Shown piece by piece: positions 62,338 through 64,000 of a stretch of DNA of 64,000 nucleotides. The translations under genes and the position numbers were made by a program. Each line of letters starts with the position of its first letter. The first letter of the stretch is position 1. The notes under the pieces were generated by a model. It was not told where the DNA came from and searched no databases. It saw only the letters and a program-made list of their open reading frames with translations. The stretch spans positions 45,818,001-45,882,000 of the forward strand of contig OX597825.1 of NCBI GenBank assembly GCA_951406725.2. The letters are read 5' to 3'. The DNA is from Octopus vulgaris. Its lineage: Eukaryota.

Positions 62338-63625
62338 CCCTCATTGTTTGTTTTCTTGTTTGTTTTTATTTCTTGTACTATATTTTTTTGTAATTGTATT
62401 TTTATTTTGTATTTTATTTAGTAATTTTATTTGCATCGTTTTTACGTCCTGTTTTTGTCCCATTTTTTTTCTTTCCTTGTTTTTACCCCTCTGCGAAGGA
62501 ATTTTATTTAATTCTTTCGCAGGAAGGGCTAGTTCGACGAGTTGTGTTCTGTCCTCACCTTCGAAACACGCATGGAGTCGTACTAGGGACAGCTGATGAA
62601 GGGGAATTTTCCTTGTGTTGTTTGTCTTGTACTCTGTTTTTTCGTTGTTAAAATTAAGGTCCGTTTCCTCGTTTGTTTTTACGTTTTCGTTTCTCGTTGA
62701 GTTCTACGTCTATTTGTGGTGTCCTGTACTCACGTATATATATTTAAATATGCATGTATATATACATGTAGATGTAGGTAGTACATATATGTATGTATGT
62801 ATGCATATATTTTATTTATTACACTATTGTATGACTGAGCGCCCTCGCGTCGTTTCGTTTCGTTTCCTCCAAGTAAGTTTTTATATATAATTATGACGCG
62901 AAACTCTATAACCCTTTGCTTGACCTTCCTTTCCTTCCTTGTCTTCCTCTCTCTCTCTCTCTCTCTCTCACTCCTCCTCATCTCTCTCACAGCCGCTTGT
63001 CTTCCTCTATTTCTCTCTCTCTCACAGCCGGGCGACTACTTCCTTTTGCTTGCGGCCTCCTAACAGTGAACACACTTTCTTCCTGCGCTCTTAAGAATCT
63101 TTTCTCGTCTAGGCCTAAAAGCCCTCATTGTTTGTTTTCTTGTTTGTTTTTATTTCTTGTACTGTATTTTTTTGTAATTGTGTTTTTATTTTTTATTTTA
63201 TTTTGTAATTTTATTTGTATCGTTTTTACGTCCTGTTTTTGTCACATTTTTTTTCTTTCCTTGTTTTTACCCCTCTGCGAAGGAATTTTATTTAATTCTT
63301 TCGCAGGAAGGGCTAGTTCGACGAGTCGTGTTCTGTCCTCACCTTCGAAATACGCATGGAGTCGTACTAGGGACAGCTGATGAAGGGGAATTTTCCTTGT
63401 GTTGTTTGTCTTGTACTCTGTTTTTTCGTTGTTAAAATTAAGGTCCATTTCCATGTTTGCTTTTACGTTTTCGTTTCTCGTTAAGTTCTACGTCTATTTG
63501 TGGTGTCCTGTACTCACGTATATATATTTATATATGCATGTATATATACATGTAGATGTAGGTACGTACATATATGTATGTATGTATGCATATATTTTAT
63601 TTATTACACTATATATATATATATA
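62337..63625 (+). repeat. Tandem duplication with period 784 (62337-62830 / 63121-63615), pLTR-like, in (TA)n
   Basis: Copies start gccctcattgtttg and carry strong hairpins. Confidence 0.85.
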
Positions 63626-64000
63626 TGTAAAGTTTTTTCATGTAAACATATGATAAAATTCCTTTTTATTAATCTTAAATAATACTTTTCTCCGCACTTA
63701 TTTGGATTTTTAATAACATTTCCTTTTATTCTAATATCTTTTTTAAAATATCTCTATATATTAACCTATATATTTCTATGGAATTCGATTGCTCATCAAA
63801 TGCTCTGCACATCACTTTAGCTTACACTCTGTTGATATATATTTATTATTATGGTGTTCTTTCCTTCATGTACACCATCCAATAAAACAACTTGAAAAAA
63901 CAATTATGTATACTATTTTGCAGATATGTTCTCTACTAACGTATTAGTATACACTAAAGCTTTTTTTGCCAAATAAGATTTTTTTTATATGACACTAGCT

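Overview
This window is repeat-saturated eukaryotic DNA. The SINE/LINE and microsatellite landscape resembles a coleoid cephalopod (Octopus-like); that assignment is an inference. I see no host protein-coding exon. Nearly all coding potential comes from nested transposons: (1) a Helitron Pif1 helicase split by a young full-length Ty3/Gypsy element (10329-16215); (2) two Tx1/L1-type LINEs; (3) a HERO-like RLE LINE split by the second Tx1; (4) an RTE LINE; (5) an R4/Dong-like LINE in a (TAA)n tract; (6) several Penelope-like (GIY-YIG) elements, SINEs, a mini-Helitron and solo LTRs. Two things stand out. The first is a set of type I minimal hammerhead ribozyme motifs in non-coding Penelope-like units flanked by (TA)n, including a ~450-465 nt inverted+tandem array with three ribozymes (48038-49271, retrozyme/circRNA-like) and natural core variants (G3-C8, U3-A8, U4C). 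The second is a very young non-autonomous LTR element (27452-31747) whose only ORF is an intact ~630 aa protein built from a deleted, duplicated, G-skewed, catalytically dead pol. All calls are by eye; no searches or folding programs were run.
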